A stretch of DNA of 64,000 nucleotides, taken from positions 1,716,580-1,780,579 of the forward strand of contig OZ241877.1 in NCBI GenBank assembly GCA_965203095.1. The letters are read 5' to 3'. Below are positions 28,390-37,231 of the stretch, piece after piece. Under the pieces are notes generated by a model. It was not told the DNA's origin. It was given only the letters and a program-made list of their open reading frames with translations, and did not search any database. Position numbers and translations under genes: made by a program. This stretch comes from Bdellovibrionales bacterium. GTDB lineage: Bacteria; Bdellovibrionota; Bdellovibrionia; Bdellovibrionales; UBA1609. How positions within the stretch are numbered: the stretch's first letter is position 1; each line of letters opens with the position of its first letter.

Positions 28390-28863
28390 TCAGTACCGAG
28401 GGGAGGATATTGAAGGTAGCCATGACCAAAAGGAATCATCATCTTCTGAATCATTATTCTCTGTTTCTGCCTTTTTTTCTTCTTGGGCACTTTTTTCTTC
28501 TGCCTTTTCTTTAGCTATTTGTTCTGGAGTCATAAAAGATTGAATAAGATATAATATTTCAAGATAAGAGATTACTGTTCCCGCCTCTTTTAGCACTTTT
28601 GAACAAAGAACTTGCCTTAAACTTGGTGGGATGTTTTCTCTAAAAGGTTCTGCCTCTATAAGGCAGGTCTGAAGTTTTTGCTGTAAGGCTTGAATGATAA
28701 CTTCTTTTTGTTCTTCATCTAAGTATGTTTCAATTTCGTTAGGATTTTCTTTTAAGAGAATAAACAAGCTTTCTTTACGATCTTCATCCATTACCACTTC
28801 TGCTAATGCCGTTTTGGAAGTGACAAAAACAGAAAGGAATAATAAAAATAGAATCTTCTGCAT
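28390..28863 (-). CDS. Secreted hypothetical protein
   Basis: Signal peptide MQKILFLLFLSVFVTSKTALA and AAGGAG RBS. Confidence 0.7.
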   Translation of the reverse strand: MQKILFLLFLSVFVTSKTALAEVVMDEDRKESLFILLKENPNEIETYLDEEQKEVIIQALQQKLQTCLIEAEPFRENIPPSLRQVLCSKVLKEAGTVISYLEILYLIQSFMTPEQIAKEKAEEKSAQEEKKAETENNDSEDDDSFWSWLPSISSPRY

Positions 28864-29387
28864 GATAAAGCTCCTTACTTTTAAGTCATTTTTTTAGAAG
28901 GTTTTAAAGACAGCCTTCTTCCTTGTCAAGTCATTGTCAAGTCATTTTAATCTTTTTTTGAAAAAGAAAGATCATTTAAGTTTGGTTCATGGTGACTTAA
29001 GCTGGCTTTTATGATAGCTAACTTATTGGAATCACTATGAAGAATAGGCATTTTAGTAGGTTTTTGGAGGGAAATGGCATGTCACACGAAGTATTCCAGG
29101 GTCGCAAAGCAGTTAAGGCTTTAGTCCCCATGTTTTAAGCCCCTCCAGTGGCCTGCTCTTTTTTGATTTTTATGTGCCCTATAAGCCTTGTTTTTTTGGG
29201 TTTTTAGCTGAAAATTTAAAAAATCCGGCATTAAATCAAAAAAAAGCCTTGATTTTGAGCTTTCTAAAAAATAGAATGGCAAAGGCTAATAGGTCTTAAG
29301 TTTTTTATATTTTTTAAAAAACCAAAGACATAAAAACTATAAAACTCAATTTTGAGTATCCGGTGCTTGAGTATGAACAGGTTGAAT

Positions 29388-29747
29388 ATGAACAAAACAT
29401 GCTTTTTTCTCGTCCCGATTTTTGTGTTTTTCACCTTTTTTGCTACTGCACAAACTGCCAAAAAAACAAAACCAGCAAAAGCTTCTTCCACTAAAGAGGG
29501 AGCTGTAGAGGAGGAATCTTTTGTCCCTTCCCTTTCAGAAACTATAAGCGATAATCATCGGTTAAAAAGCAAAATCAAGAGGCAGTTGGCTCGTGAGTGG
29601 TCTTCTGATTCCTCTAAGGGGGAAGGCCATTTAAAAAAATCCCCCTCTTCTTCTGCACAAACTGCCCATTTTGGTGATTTTGAAATCGATATATCTGAGA
29701 GGAAACAAGAAGAGGAGTTAACTCATAATAAAAAAAAGAGACGATAA
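29388..29747 (+). CDS. Small secreted hypothetical protein (start uncertain)
   Basis: MNKTCFFLVPIFVFFTFFATA signal-like segment within ORF 29352..29747. Confidence 0.55.
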   Translation: MNKTCFFLVPIFVFFTFFATAQTAKKTKPAKASSTKEGAVEEESFVPSLSETISDNHRLKSKIKRQLAREWSSDSSKGEGHLKKSPSSSAQTAHFGDFEIDISERKQEEELTHNKKKRR

Positions 29748-29879
29748 AGTTTTTTTGCTCTCTTTTTGTTTTTCGGAAAATTATAAGAGACTCTCTTCCC
29801 TAAAGTCTAAAAAAACTATTTTGTTCTATTTTAAAGGCCAGTAGGTAAAAAATTCGCCCCCATATTCCTTAAAGTTGTT

Positions 29880-30515
29880 ATGAATAATTTTGTTTTACTG
29901 CTTTTCCTGCTCTATCTGCCTTTAGCGGAATCTTTAGAGAAAGAGGCTCCTTGTGATTTTTTTGGGCAAAACCAGATATATTCTAAAAGCTATAAATTTA
30001 AAAATCCTTTAAGTTTCTCTACCCAGATCAACAAATGGATTGAAGAGAGCCTTTCCCATGTTCAAAAAAACAATCAGTCACAGTGCCCTTCCTCTTGTAA
30101 GCAGATCAACAGGTATCAGGTCTCATCAAAAATTTACCCTAAGAGTGTAATTAAAGGCAGTTGCCGTGGGCAACAACTGAAGGAATCTTACTCCTTCACC
30201 AAACACTTCCCTTATAAAAAAGATAGAGAGTCTATGAAGATGGCCCATCACAAAATGACAGAATGGATCCTCTCCACATTCACTTATCCCTTTTATTCTA
30301 TACCTCTTTTAGAGCCCAGTCAAGAATCTGTTGAAAAAAACGTTGCCTCCGCCTGCCCCTCTTGCTCTTTTTATCTCAAATACAACTATAAATACAGTGA
30401 AGAGGGCCAACTGGATCTCCAAATAAAAACATTTTGTGGGGACAAAAGGCAACTTTTATCTACTTTTGTGGCAGAGTTTGTTTTGTTTAACAACTGGAGC
30501 TGTTCAAAAAAATAA
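29880..30515 (+). CDS. Secreted Cys-rich hypothetical protein
   Basis: Signal peptide; CPSSC and ACPSCSFY motifs. Confidence 0.65.
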   Translation: MNNFVLLLFLLYLPLAESLEKEAPCDFFGQNQIYSKSYKFKNPLSFSTQINKWIEESLSHVQKNNQSQCPSSCKQINRYQVSSKIYPKSVIKGSCRGQQLKESYSFTKHFPYKKDRESMKMAHHKMTEWILSTFTYPFYSIPLLEPSQESVEKNVASACPSCSFYLKYNYKYSEEGQLDLQIKTFCGDKRQLLSTFVAEFVLFNNWSCSKK

Positions 30516-30565
30516 GCCCTATCAGTTCACTTGACAAAACTTTTAAACTTTATTTATATCATGTT

Positions 30566-30847
30566 ATGACTTCTTTTTTTGTTTCAGAAAGCTTTTTACA
30601 TATCAAAAAGGAGAGAGAGCGGGGCCAAGCTCTTAAAAAAACTCGTTGGTGGAGGGAGAAGATCCAAAAGGGAATCTGTTATCACTGCGAAAGGGCCTTC
30701 CCTCAAAAAAATTTGACAATGGATCACCTGCAACCTTTATCGCGAGGGGGGAGAACGGGGAAAAACAATGTGGTGGTGTCTTGCAAAAAGTGCAACAGCC
30801 AAAAATCTTTCAAAACTTTAGTCGAGTTGAGATTGAAAAAACCTTGA
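30566..30847 (+). CDS. Small HNH endonuclease
   Basis: CYHC...LTMDHLQPLSRGGRTGKNNVVVSCKKCN. Confidence 0.92.
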   Translation: MTSFFVSESFLHIKKERERGQALKKTRWWREKIQKGICYHCERAFPQKNLTMDHLQPLSRGGRTGKNNVVVSCKKCNSQKSFKTLVELRLKKP

Positions 30848-30914
30848 AAATCAGGCATACATAAACAAACTTTCCTACCCTGACTTCGCCTTAAAAAGGG
30901 GGACAGCTTAAAGC

Positions 30915-32639
30915 ATGGCCTTTGCACAAAAAATCACAAAATCCAGCACGGCGGAATACTTTGCTAAGAATTTACAGCAAGTGGGTTTTTCTTCCTCCAC
31001 AAAAGCGGTTTTAACCACTTTAAAAGAATCTGTAGATAACTCCTTAGACGCTTGTGAAGATGCTGGCATTGCCCCTCATATAAAAATTCAAATTAAGAAA
31101 AGAGGGCCAGGCACTTCCAAAAACACAGATCAGATATCTGTTGTTGTGGAGGACAACGGCCCCGGCTTAGAGGAGGCGGATATAAAAAAAGTTTTTGGAG
31201 AGTATTTGGCTTCTTCAAAGTTTGGGCGGGGTCGCCCATCACGAGGGCAACAGGGGATTGGCATCTCAGCGGCCACCACTTGGGCACAACTCACTAACGC
31301 AAAAGGGGTTTATGTTGTTAGCAAAACCAAAAAGATGAAAAAGGCTGTTGCTGTAACAGTGAATATGGACATTAAAAACAATAAAGGCATTTTAAAAGGC
31401 AAAAAAAATGTAGATATAGATAAGGAGCATGGTTTGAGGGTAGAATTTTTAATTGATGGTAGAATTCAGCTAAAAGGTGATGGAGGGCTTTTAACTTATT
31501 TGGAGGGGACAGCTCTGGTTAATCCTCATGTAGAGATAGAGTATCAGCTATTGGATCAAAAACCTTACAAGATCCCCCCTGTAAGCACTACTGTCCCTCG
31601 GATCCCCATGGCCACTCTCCCGCACCCTTATACTATGAAGTTAGGGGAGTTTTTTCATCATATTGGACTTTATGGCCGGACCACTTTAAAAAAATTTTTA
31701 AAAACAGCCTTTTCCCGTGTGACAGACAATAGCCTCAAACAAATGATCCAAGAGGGATTGAGTGAGGCCCTTTTAGATAAGCCTTTAACAGGTATTGGGG
31801 AGGCGGATCGCAAAAAAATCTTTTCCATTCTTCATAAAATTCCCATAGCTAACCCTTCCACAAAGTCTGTTTTATCTGTAGGGGAGGAGGCTTTAGCAGA
31901 AAGTGTCCATCGCCTGGGAGAAATTGACTTTTTTAGTGTGGTCACCAGAAAGCCCAGAATATGCGATTACAAATCCGTTGTGGTGGAAGTGGCTATAGCC
32001 AGGTTAAAGGAAAAGGTTCGGGAGGAGGAGTCTGTTCAGCTCTTGAGGTTTGCTAACCGGGTCCCTTTGCAGTTTGACAAATCCTCTTGTGCTATTACTA
32101 AATCGGTGGAGTCGGTCAACTGGAGGGCTTATGGTCTTTCTCAATCAAAAAAATCCTTACCCACAGGGCCTTATGTGTTTGCTGTATCAGTCACATCCCC
32201 TTTTATAAAATTCAAAAATGCCTCTAAGGAGACTATAGACGCCAGTGAAGAGTTAGTGGAGGAGATTCGTCTTAGCCTTATGCAGACCGGGCAGAAGTTA
32301 AAAAAACATATCCGGAAGGAAAAAAACACAGAAGATCTTTTAAGAAAAAAGCAGTATATAGAAAAATTTGCCCCTATTTTAATTCGCAAGATAAAAGACA
32401 TCACCGGTGCGGGGAAGAAGGATATGGATAAAGGGGAAAAAGGGCTTTATGCTATTCTATCAAAAGATGCGGAAAAGGCGGAAAGAGCTTTAGGCGAAGC
32501 CAGAGTTCAGTTAGAGGAAATGAAGGCTAAAAGAAAGCAAAGGCTAACTTCTTTTGAATCGCCTAAAGGGAGGACTCTTCAAAAAAACCCTCAAAACAAT
32601 GAAGATGAACAAAAGCAGTTTGAGGGATTAGAAAGGTAG
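30915..32639 (+). CDS. top6B: DNA topoisomerase VI subunit B
   Basis: AEYFAKN, KESVDNSLDACE, EDNGPG, SSKF..SRGQQGIGISAA, PHP, LLRFANRVPLQFD and KNASKE. Confidence 0.95.
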   Translation: MAFAQKITKSSTAEYFAKNLQQVGFSSSTKAVLTTLKESVDNSLDACEDAGIAPHIKIQIKKRGPGTSKNTDQISVVVEDNGPGLEEADIKKVFGEYLASSKFGRGRPSRGQQGIGISAATTWAQLTNAKGVYVVSKTKKMKKAVAVTVNMDIKNNKGILKGKKNVDIDKEHGLRVEFLIDGRIQLKGDGGLLTYLEGTALVNPHVEIEYQLLDQKPYKIPPVSTTVPRIPMATLPHPYTMKLGEFFHHIGLYGRTTLKKFLKTAFSRVTDNSLKQMIQEGLSEALLDKPLTGIGEADRKKIFSILHKIPIANPSTKSVLSVGEEALAESVHRLGEIDFFSVVTRKPRICDYKSVVVEVAIARLKEKVREEESVQLLRFANRVPLQFDKSSCAITKSVESVNWRAYGLSQSKKSLPTGPYVFAVSVTSPFIKFKNASKETIDASEELVEEIRLSLMQTGQKLKKHIRKEKNTEDLLRKKQYIEKFAPILIRKIKDITGAGKKDMDKGEKGLYAILSKDAEKAERALGEARVQLEEMKAKRKQRLTSFESPKGRTLQKNPQNNEDEQKQFEGLER

Positions 32640-32678
32640 AAGGATATTTGAGAGATAAAAAACAAAAGGAGGTCATCA

Positions 32679-33854
32679 GTGGCTCAATCCAAACAAAGCC
32701 TGTTTAAAAACCGGCCCAAAAAAAACATTCCCCATCGCTCAAAAAAACTCTGTGGGGATATGTTAAAAAAACTCCAGCAAAAAAAGCCACCTGTTCTTCA
32801 GGCCGTCAAATGCACTTTAGATAACGCACTTTATGATTCTAAAAAAGGTTATCTTGTTCCTAAAGGAAAAAAGGTGGCCTCTGAGTTGAATGTCTCTTCA
32901 GTGCAAAAAATTTCCAGAAGTTTATTTCTTTTAGATATTCTTCTGGGGAATATTCGCTCCGGTGCTGTCAATACCAAGCGTGAGATTTATTATATAGCTA
33001 AGGGGCTTATCAAGTCAGACAGCTTTTATAAACCTTTAGATTTTGACAGCCAAAGTGATAGCGATTCTATTATTGATTTTATTTGCGATATGTTTGAGGT
33101 CTATCGTGAGGAAATGAATTGCTTTGCCAACGACCGAGGGGGGCAAACCTACTCTAAAAACCTGGTTGTCACAGAGTTTTTAGATGATGGGACTAAAGCG
33201 GTTGTGGATTTAAGCCTTTTAGGCACAAGCCCTTTTCAGCCTAAAAATAAGCCTCAGCAATTTAAATTAAAAGCCAAAAAGGGGAAGATTGATTACTGCT
33301 TAGTTGTGGAGTCAGAAGGCACTGCCAACACTTTAGTTGCCAACGGTATGACTAAACGAAACAACTGCATTGTGATTGGTGCACAGGGAGTCCCCAGCAA
33401 TGCGGTTAGGGGCTGGTGCCGGACCATTCAAAACCAGCTAAAGATTCCCATTTATTTTTATGGCGATTTAGATGCCTACACCCTGCAAAATATTTATCGC
33501 ACTTTAAAAGCTGGTTCTGCCAGCAGTTTGATCCGGAACAGTGACTTTAGTGCACCGGAAGTTCATTTTTTAGGTCTTTTGCCTGAGGATGTAAAAAAAT
33601 ATGATCTTTACTGTTATGAGGTTTCCGATAAAGACGCCTCAGAGCTTAGAGCCTTAAAAAAAGCACGGGATGTTTTAAAAAATGACCCTTTCTTCCAAAA
33701 CCGAAAAAACAAGGCACTGGCCAAGGTTTTAAAGTGGCTGATAAAGGAGAAACTCCGTTGTGAGCAACAGTCAGTGTTTTCTATCAACCCTAAAAATCCC
33801 AGGATTTTAGAGGAATTTTTAGTTGAAAAAATTAAATCCAAGTCTTATATTTAA
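32679..33854 (+). CDS. top6A: DNA topoisomerase VI subunit A (Spo11-like)
   Basis: TKREIYY (catalytic Tyr), TOPRIM VVESEG, QGVPSNAVR, GDLDAY and KLRCEQQ. GGAGG RBS with GTG start. Confidence 0.93.
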   Translation: MAQSKQSLFKNRPKKNIPHRSKKLCGDMLKKLQQKKPPVLQAVKCTLDNALYDSKKGYLVPKGKKVASELNVSSVQKISRSLFLLDILLGNIRSGAVNTKREIYYIAKGLIKSDSFYKPLDFDSQSDSDSIIDFICDMFEVYREEMNCFANDRGGQTYSKNLVVTEFLDDGTKAVVDLSLLGTSPFQPKNKPQQFKLKAKKGKIDYCLVVESEGTANTLVANGMTKRNNCIVIGAQGVPSNAVRGWCRTIQNQLKIPIYFYGDLDAYTLQNIYRTLKAGSASSLIRNSDFSAPEVHFLGLLPEDVKKYDLYCYEVSDKDASELRALKKARDVLKNDPFFQNRKNKALAKVLKWLIKEKLRCEQQSVFSINPKNPRILEEFLVEKIKSKSYI

Positions 33855-33899
33855 TCTCTATGAAGGCGGGTGGGATGAGCCTGCTAATGAATGAATTTT

Positions 33900-33975
33900 G
33901 CTGGGTTGGCTCAACTGGTAGAGCAGCTGATTTGTAATCAGCGGGTTGGGGGTTCGAGTCCCTTACCCAGCACCA
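33900..33975 (+). tRNA. trnT: tRNA-Thr (TGT)
   Basis: Acceptor stem GCTGGGT/ACCCAGC, anticodon arm GCTGA-TTTGTAA-TCAGC, CCA end. Confidence 0.96.
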
Positions 33976-34014
33976 TGTAATATATAAAAGGAGGCTTTTT
34001 TTGCCTTCACACAA

Positions 34015-34100
34015 GGAGAGATGCCCGAGTGGTTAAAGGGGGCGGTCTGTAAAATCGCTGGCTTATGCCTACGTAGGTTCGAATCCTACTCTCTCCACCA
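34015..34100 (+). tRNA. trnY: tRNA-Tyr (GTA)
   Basis: Acceptor stem GGAGAGA/TCTCTCC, anticodon arm GCGGT-CTGTAAA-ATCGC, long variable arm, CCA end. Confidence 0.96.
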
Positions 34101-34140
34101 TTTTTTTAGTAGTTTGTGAAAAAGTCTATAATTTAATAGA

Positions 34141-34214
34141 TCGCATAAGCAAAAGTCCAGCTTGTTCGCGGGAAAAATACCTTGGGCCCTCACCGCTGGC
34201 TTTTGCTTATGCGA
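34141..34214. repeat. Dispersed hairpin element, type A (arms TCGCATAAGCAAAAG / CTTTTGCTTATGCGA, loop core ATACCTTGGGCCCTCA)
   Basis: Same loop at 42709-42777 and, inverted and slightly diverged, at 63835-63903. Arm fragments at about 3930, 19800, 36868 and 50100. Confidence 0.8.
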
Positions 34215-34249
34215 CAGAGGGCAAAGGTTTTTCACGGGCGACTATTTAG

Positions 34250-35110
34250 TCATAGATTGATTTTTAAAATAGCTTTTTTTTCCTGAAGAAATAAATAGGT
34301 TTGTTGGCCCAATGGAAGGGGAAGGTTAGGGCGAGCATGCCCACAAGATAAACCATAAATCAAAGGTATGGGGCAGATATCAGAAAAGTTTTTCAAAACT
34401 TTTTTTAGGGAATGGGCTGGCAAAGGCGAAAAGTGGCCAAAAAGAATGGCTTTTGTGGATTTTAAAGTGCCGGAAAAAAACAGATGGCATAGCATGCGAT
34501 CCAGTTTGTCGGTTCTCTCATTCACATCCTCCACAAATAAAAAATGAGGGCCAAAATGGCGGAGCCAGGGTGTGCCTACAGAGGTGGAAAGGAGAGTTAA
34601 ATTCCCCCCCACAAGCCGGGCTTTTAAAGTTTGCTCTGTTGTGGTTTTTATGGGTTTTAGCTTAAAAGCCCATTCCTTTTTTTGCCCCAGCAAAAGCTTT
34701 TTTAAAGAGGAAAGCTCATTTTTTGAGAGCTTGCTCAGCTCGCAAATCATAGGGGCATGCACTGTTTTTACCCGCTGGCTGTTCAAAAAAAAATGCATAG
34801 CTGAGCTGTCGCTATAGCCAATAAAAATTTTTTGTTTTTTTAGGGGGTAGTTTTTAATAAAAGAGGGCATAAGTTTTTGCAAGCCATTCCCCCCCCGGAT
34901 GGCCCATACAGCAGAGGAATCCTCATTGGAGAATGCCTGATTTAGAAAGAGCGATTGTTTCTGAAAACTGTTTTTTTTGGAAAAACCTCCCCTTGCATAG
35001 CGAGGTCTCAAGCCCCAACTTTGCAAAATTTTAAGCCCCTCTGTCCATTGGCTATTGTATGGAGGAGAGGAAGGGGCCACAATATCGATACAGTCACCTG
35101 ACTTCAACAT
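34250..35110 (-). CDS. ldcA: LD-carboxypeptidase (peptidase S66)
   Basis: IVAPSS, AIRGGNG, FIGYSD (Ser nucleophile), GGNLTLL, LFVEDVNE and CGH. Confidence 0.92.
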   Translation of the reverse strand: MLKSGDCIDIVAPSSPPYNSQWTEGLKILQSWGLRPRYARGGFSKKNSFQKQSLFLNQAFSNEDSSAVWAIRGGNGLQKLMPSFIKNYPLKKQKIFIGYSDSSAMHFFLNSQRVKTVHAPMICELSKLSKNELSSLKKLLLGQKKEWAFKLKPIKTTTEQTLKARLVGGNLTLLSTSVGTPWLRHFGPHFLFVEDVNERTDKLDRMLCHLFFSGTLKSTKAILFGHFSPLPAHSLKKVLKNFSDICPIPLIYGLSCGHARPNLPLPLGQQTYLFLQEKKAILKINL

Positions 35111-35136
35111 GGATTACATGATTTAGGGGGGTGGAT

Positions 35137-36552
35137 TTATTCCTCCCCACTGGGAGAACCACCGTTGCCACTACCATTGCCACTGCCACCACTACTGCTT
35201 TCTTCCTCAATAGGTGCGTATCTTATACGAGGGTATTGAGATTGACCTGTGCCAAACAGACTACATAAAACAGGATAAAGATCACTATCGCAATCGGCCA
35301 CATCATCTAAGTCCAGGAGATCATTGCACTGTAAAAATTCATCCTCTAAAATGGAACGATCTTCATATTCACATTCATCCCCCTCTTCTCCCTCCACATC
35401 GGGATCGGAAGTGTCATTTCCGCCATCGGCATAAAACTGGCTAAATTCTTCCATAGTGTTCCACTCACGGATCATCAGCCTTATCCCATGAACCAGCTCC
35501 CCGGCTTCATCTAAGCAGTCAAACTCAAAAAATAACCTGGGAATGGCTTTATAATTCCCCGGCTGTAAAAAATGAGGGAGATCATCTCTATTAACTGATC
35601 TCAAATCATCTAACTCCTTATCTAAAGCCTTAAGATAATTGGCATAAGGGGCACTGCTGGAGGCATAACCTGTGACATTGCTACCGCCCTCCACAAATCG
35701 ACCTATAGATTGGTTCCCGTTAACTTCAACCAAATTTCTAAAGCTTATAGTTTGCCTAAACCCCCCTTCTGGAAGAGGGGTAATTACCCTCCGTGTGGCC
35801 TGATCAACATCTGAAAAGTTAGAGGTCACAAAAGCCGGCCCACCAAAACATTCCGGATCAGGTTCCCATATACTCCCATCTGTTTTTCTTCCTCCAAAGC
35901 AACATTTAGGAATCCCTGTATTACCTCCTACACCACAAAGATTTTCCTCATCGGAAACATTACATCCAGCACAACTACCGTATCCACTGCTAACACTATT
36001 ATCACAATAGCCACTTTCCCCTTGGTTCTCTGAACCTTCTTGATTGCTGGAAGGTTTGGTGCATTCTCGCACTACAGGCCCTGGCTGAATAGGATAATTA
36101 AAATGCCAAGGCAAGGCCACCACGGCATCCTTGCACATGCCTTCCGGAAAGTTATAAACTAAGTGAAACTCTGTGACCACAAACAGCCACTCCGGGACAT
36201 CTAAAACACAAAAAAGGACTTCTGTCCAATCTCCACTGCTTGCAGAATCCTCATCCGGTTCAATATACTCTATTTCACAGTTAGAGGGGCTATCTCTTGA
36301 AATGGAATCGCCATATCTCTCATTAGTGCTGATCTCATAATAAGGGACTACCAGATTTTCGCTCTCATACTGTTGAACATCTAAGTCCACATACATGAGT
36401 TCTGAATCTGAGGGCAGATAATCAGAACCTATAGAGGGGAGATGAAACATAGTATCCACCCCACTGATATTTAAGTAGCAGGCCGGGGCTGAAAAGAGCA
36501 AAAAGCACAAAAACAAAAACTTTGTGCGAAATCTCCTAACCATTAAAACCAA
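35137..36552 (-). CDS. Acidic Cys-rich putative lipoprotein, hypothetical
   Basis: Hydrophobic leader ending in APAC; many Cys, Asp and Glu residues; Gly/Ser tail. Confidence 0.7.
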   Translation of the reverse strand: MVLMVRRFRTKFLFLCFLLFSAPACYLNISGVDTMFHLPSIGSDYLPSDSELMYVDLDVQQYESENLVVPYYEISTNERYGDSISRDSPSNCEIEYIEPDEDSASSGDWTEVLFCVLDVPEWLFVVTEFHLVYNFPEGMCKDAVVALPWHFNYPIQPGPVVRECTKPSSNQEGSENQGESGYCDNSVSSGYGSCAGCNVSDEENLCGVGGNTGIPKCCFGGRKTDGSIWEPDPECFGGPAFVTSNFSDVDQATRRVITPLPEGGFRQTISFRNLVEVNGNQSIGRFVEGGSNVTGYASSSAPYANYLKALDKELDDLRSVNRDDLPHFLQPGNYKAIPRLFFEFDCLDEAGELVHGIRLMIREWNTMEEFSQFYADGGNDTSDPDVEGEEGDECEYEDRSILEDEFLQCNDLLDLDDVADCDSDLYPVLCSLFGTGQSQYPRIRYAPIEEESSSGGSGNGSGNGGSPSGEE

Positions 36553-36771
36553 AATAGAACCTCCTAATAAATGGCCCCAATGAGCATAAAAAAGGAAAAC
36601 ACAGACACTCTGGTTCTTTAAGCTTTATGCTATAATAACTTCAAAAAAATCCTTATGAGAGAGCTATGGAGCTAAAACTGGACCAAAGTTGCAGTCATTT
36701 CGTGAAAAGGGGAATCCAGAAAGCTCTGTATCTTTTTATAAAGCTTGTTAAATAGGCTATTCTTTAGTTTC

Positions 36772-36839
36772 TTTGTCCAAAGGCCAGCCCATTTCGGGAT
36801 GGAATACTTTGGACCCTCATGGTGTGGCCTTTGGACAAA
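36772..36839. repeat. Dispersed hairpin element, type B (arms TTTGTCCAAAG / CTTTGGACAAA)
   Basis: Loop TTCGGGATGGAATACTTTGGACCCTC. Homologues at 42125, 63108 and 63599. Confidence 0.8.
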
Positions 36840-37231
36840 CACAGTTAAAAAAATAGTTTCTCACAATTTTGCTTGTGCGATCTATTAAATGTAGCCTTTT
36901 TCACTGGCGATTAATTACAGGGGGTTAAATGACGAGGCTTGTCATTTTTACAAAAAAGGCACAAAAAACTCAAGTAAAGGATAGGGACTTCAATTTAGAG
37001 AGCTTTCCCCTTCCTTTAGACAATGTTTTTGCCAATACAAGTTCACTTGTTTTGAGCTGAAAATTTACAATTTATTAAAATTTTTTATGTAAGACATAAT
37101 TTTTTCTCTCAAGACTGACTTTTTAAACATCTCTTTAAAGCTTAAATAACAAAAATTTATTAGTTTTAGGAATTGAGTCTATTTTTATGATATAATTCAT
37201 GTTAGGCAACAACAATCATAAAGGAGGGCTT

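Noticed and set aside
33900..34100. Prophage or island attachment site at tRNA-Thr/Tyr
   Set aside because: I saw no duplicated tRNA 3' end or integrase, and the flanking genes are housekeeping.
34141..34214. Integron attC sites as the identity of the hairpin family
   Set aside because: No RYYYAAC/GTTRRRY ends, no cassette-like spacing and no integrase in the window; only the bulged base is reminiscent.
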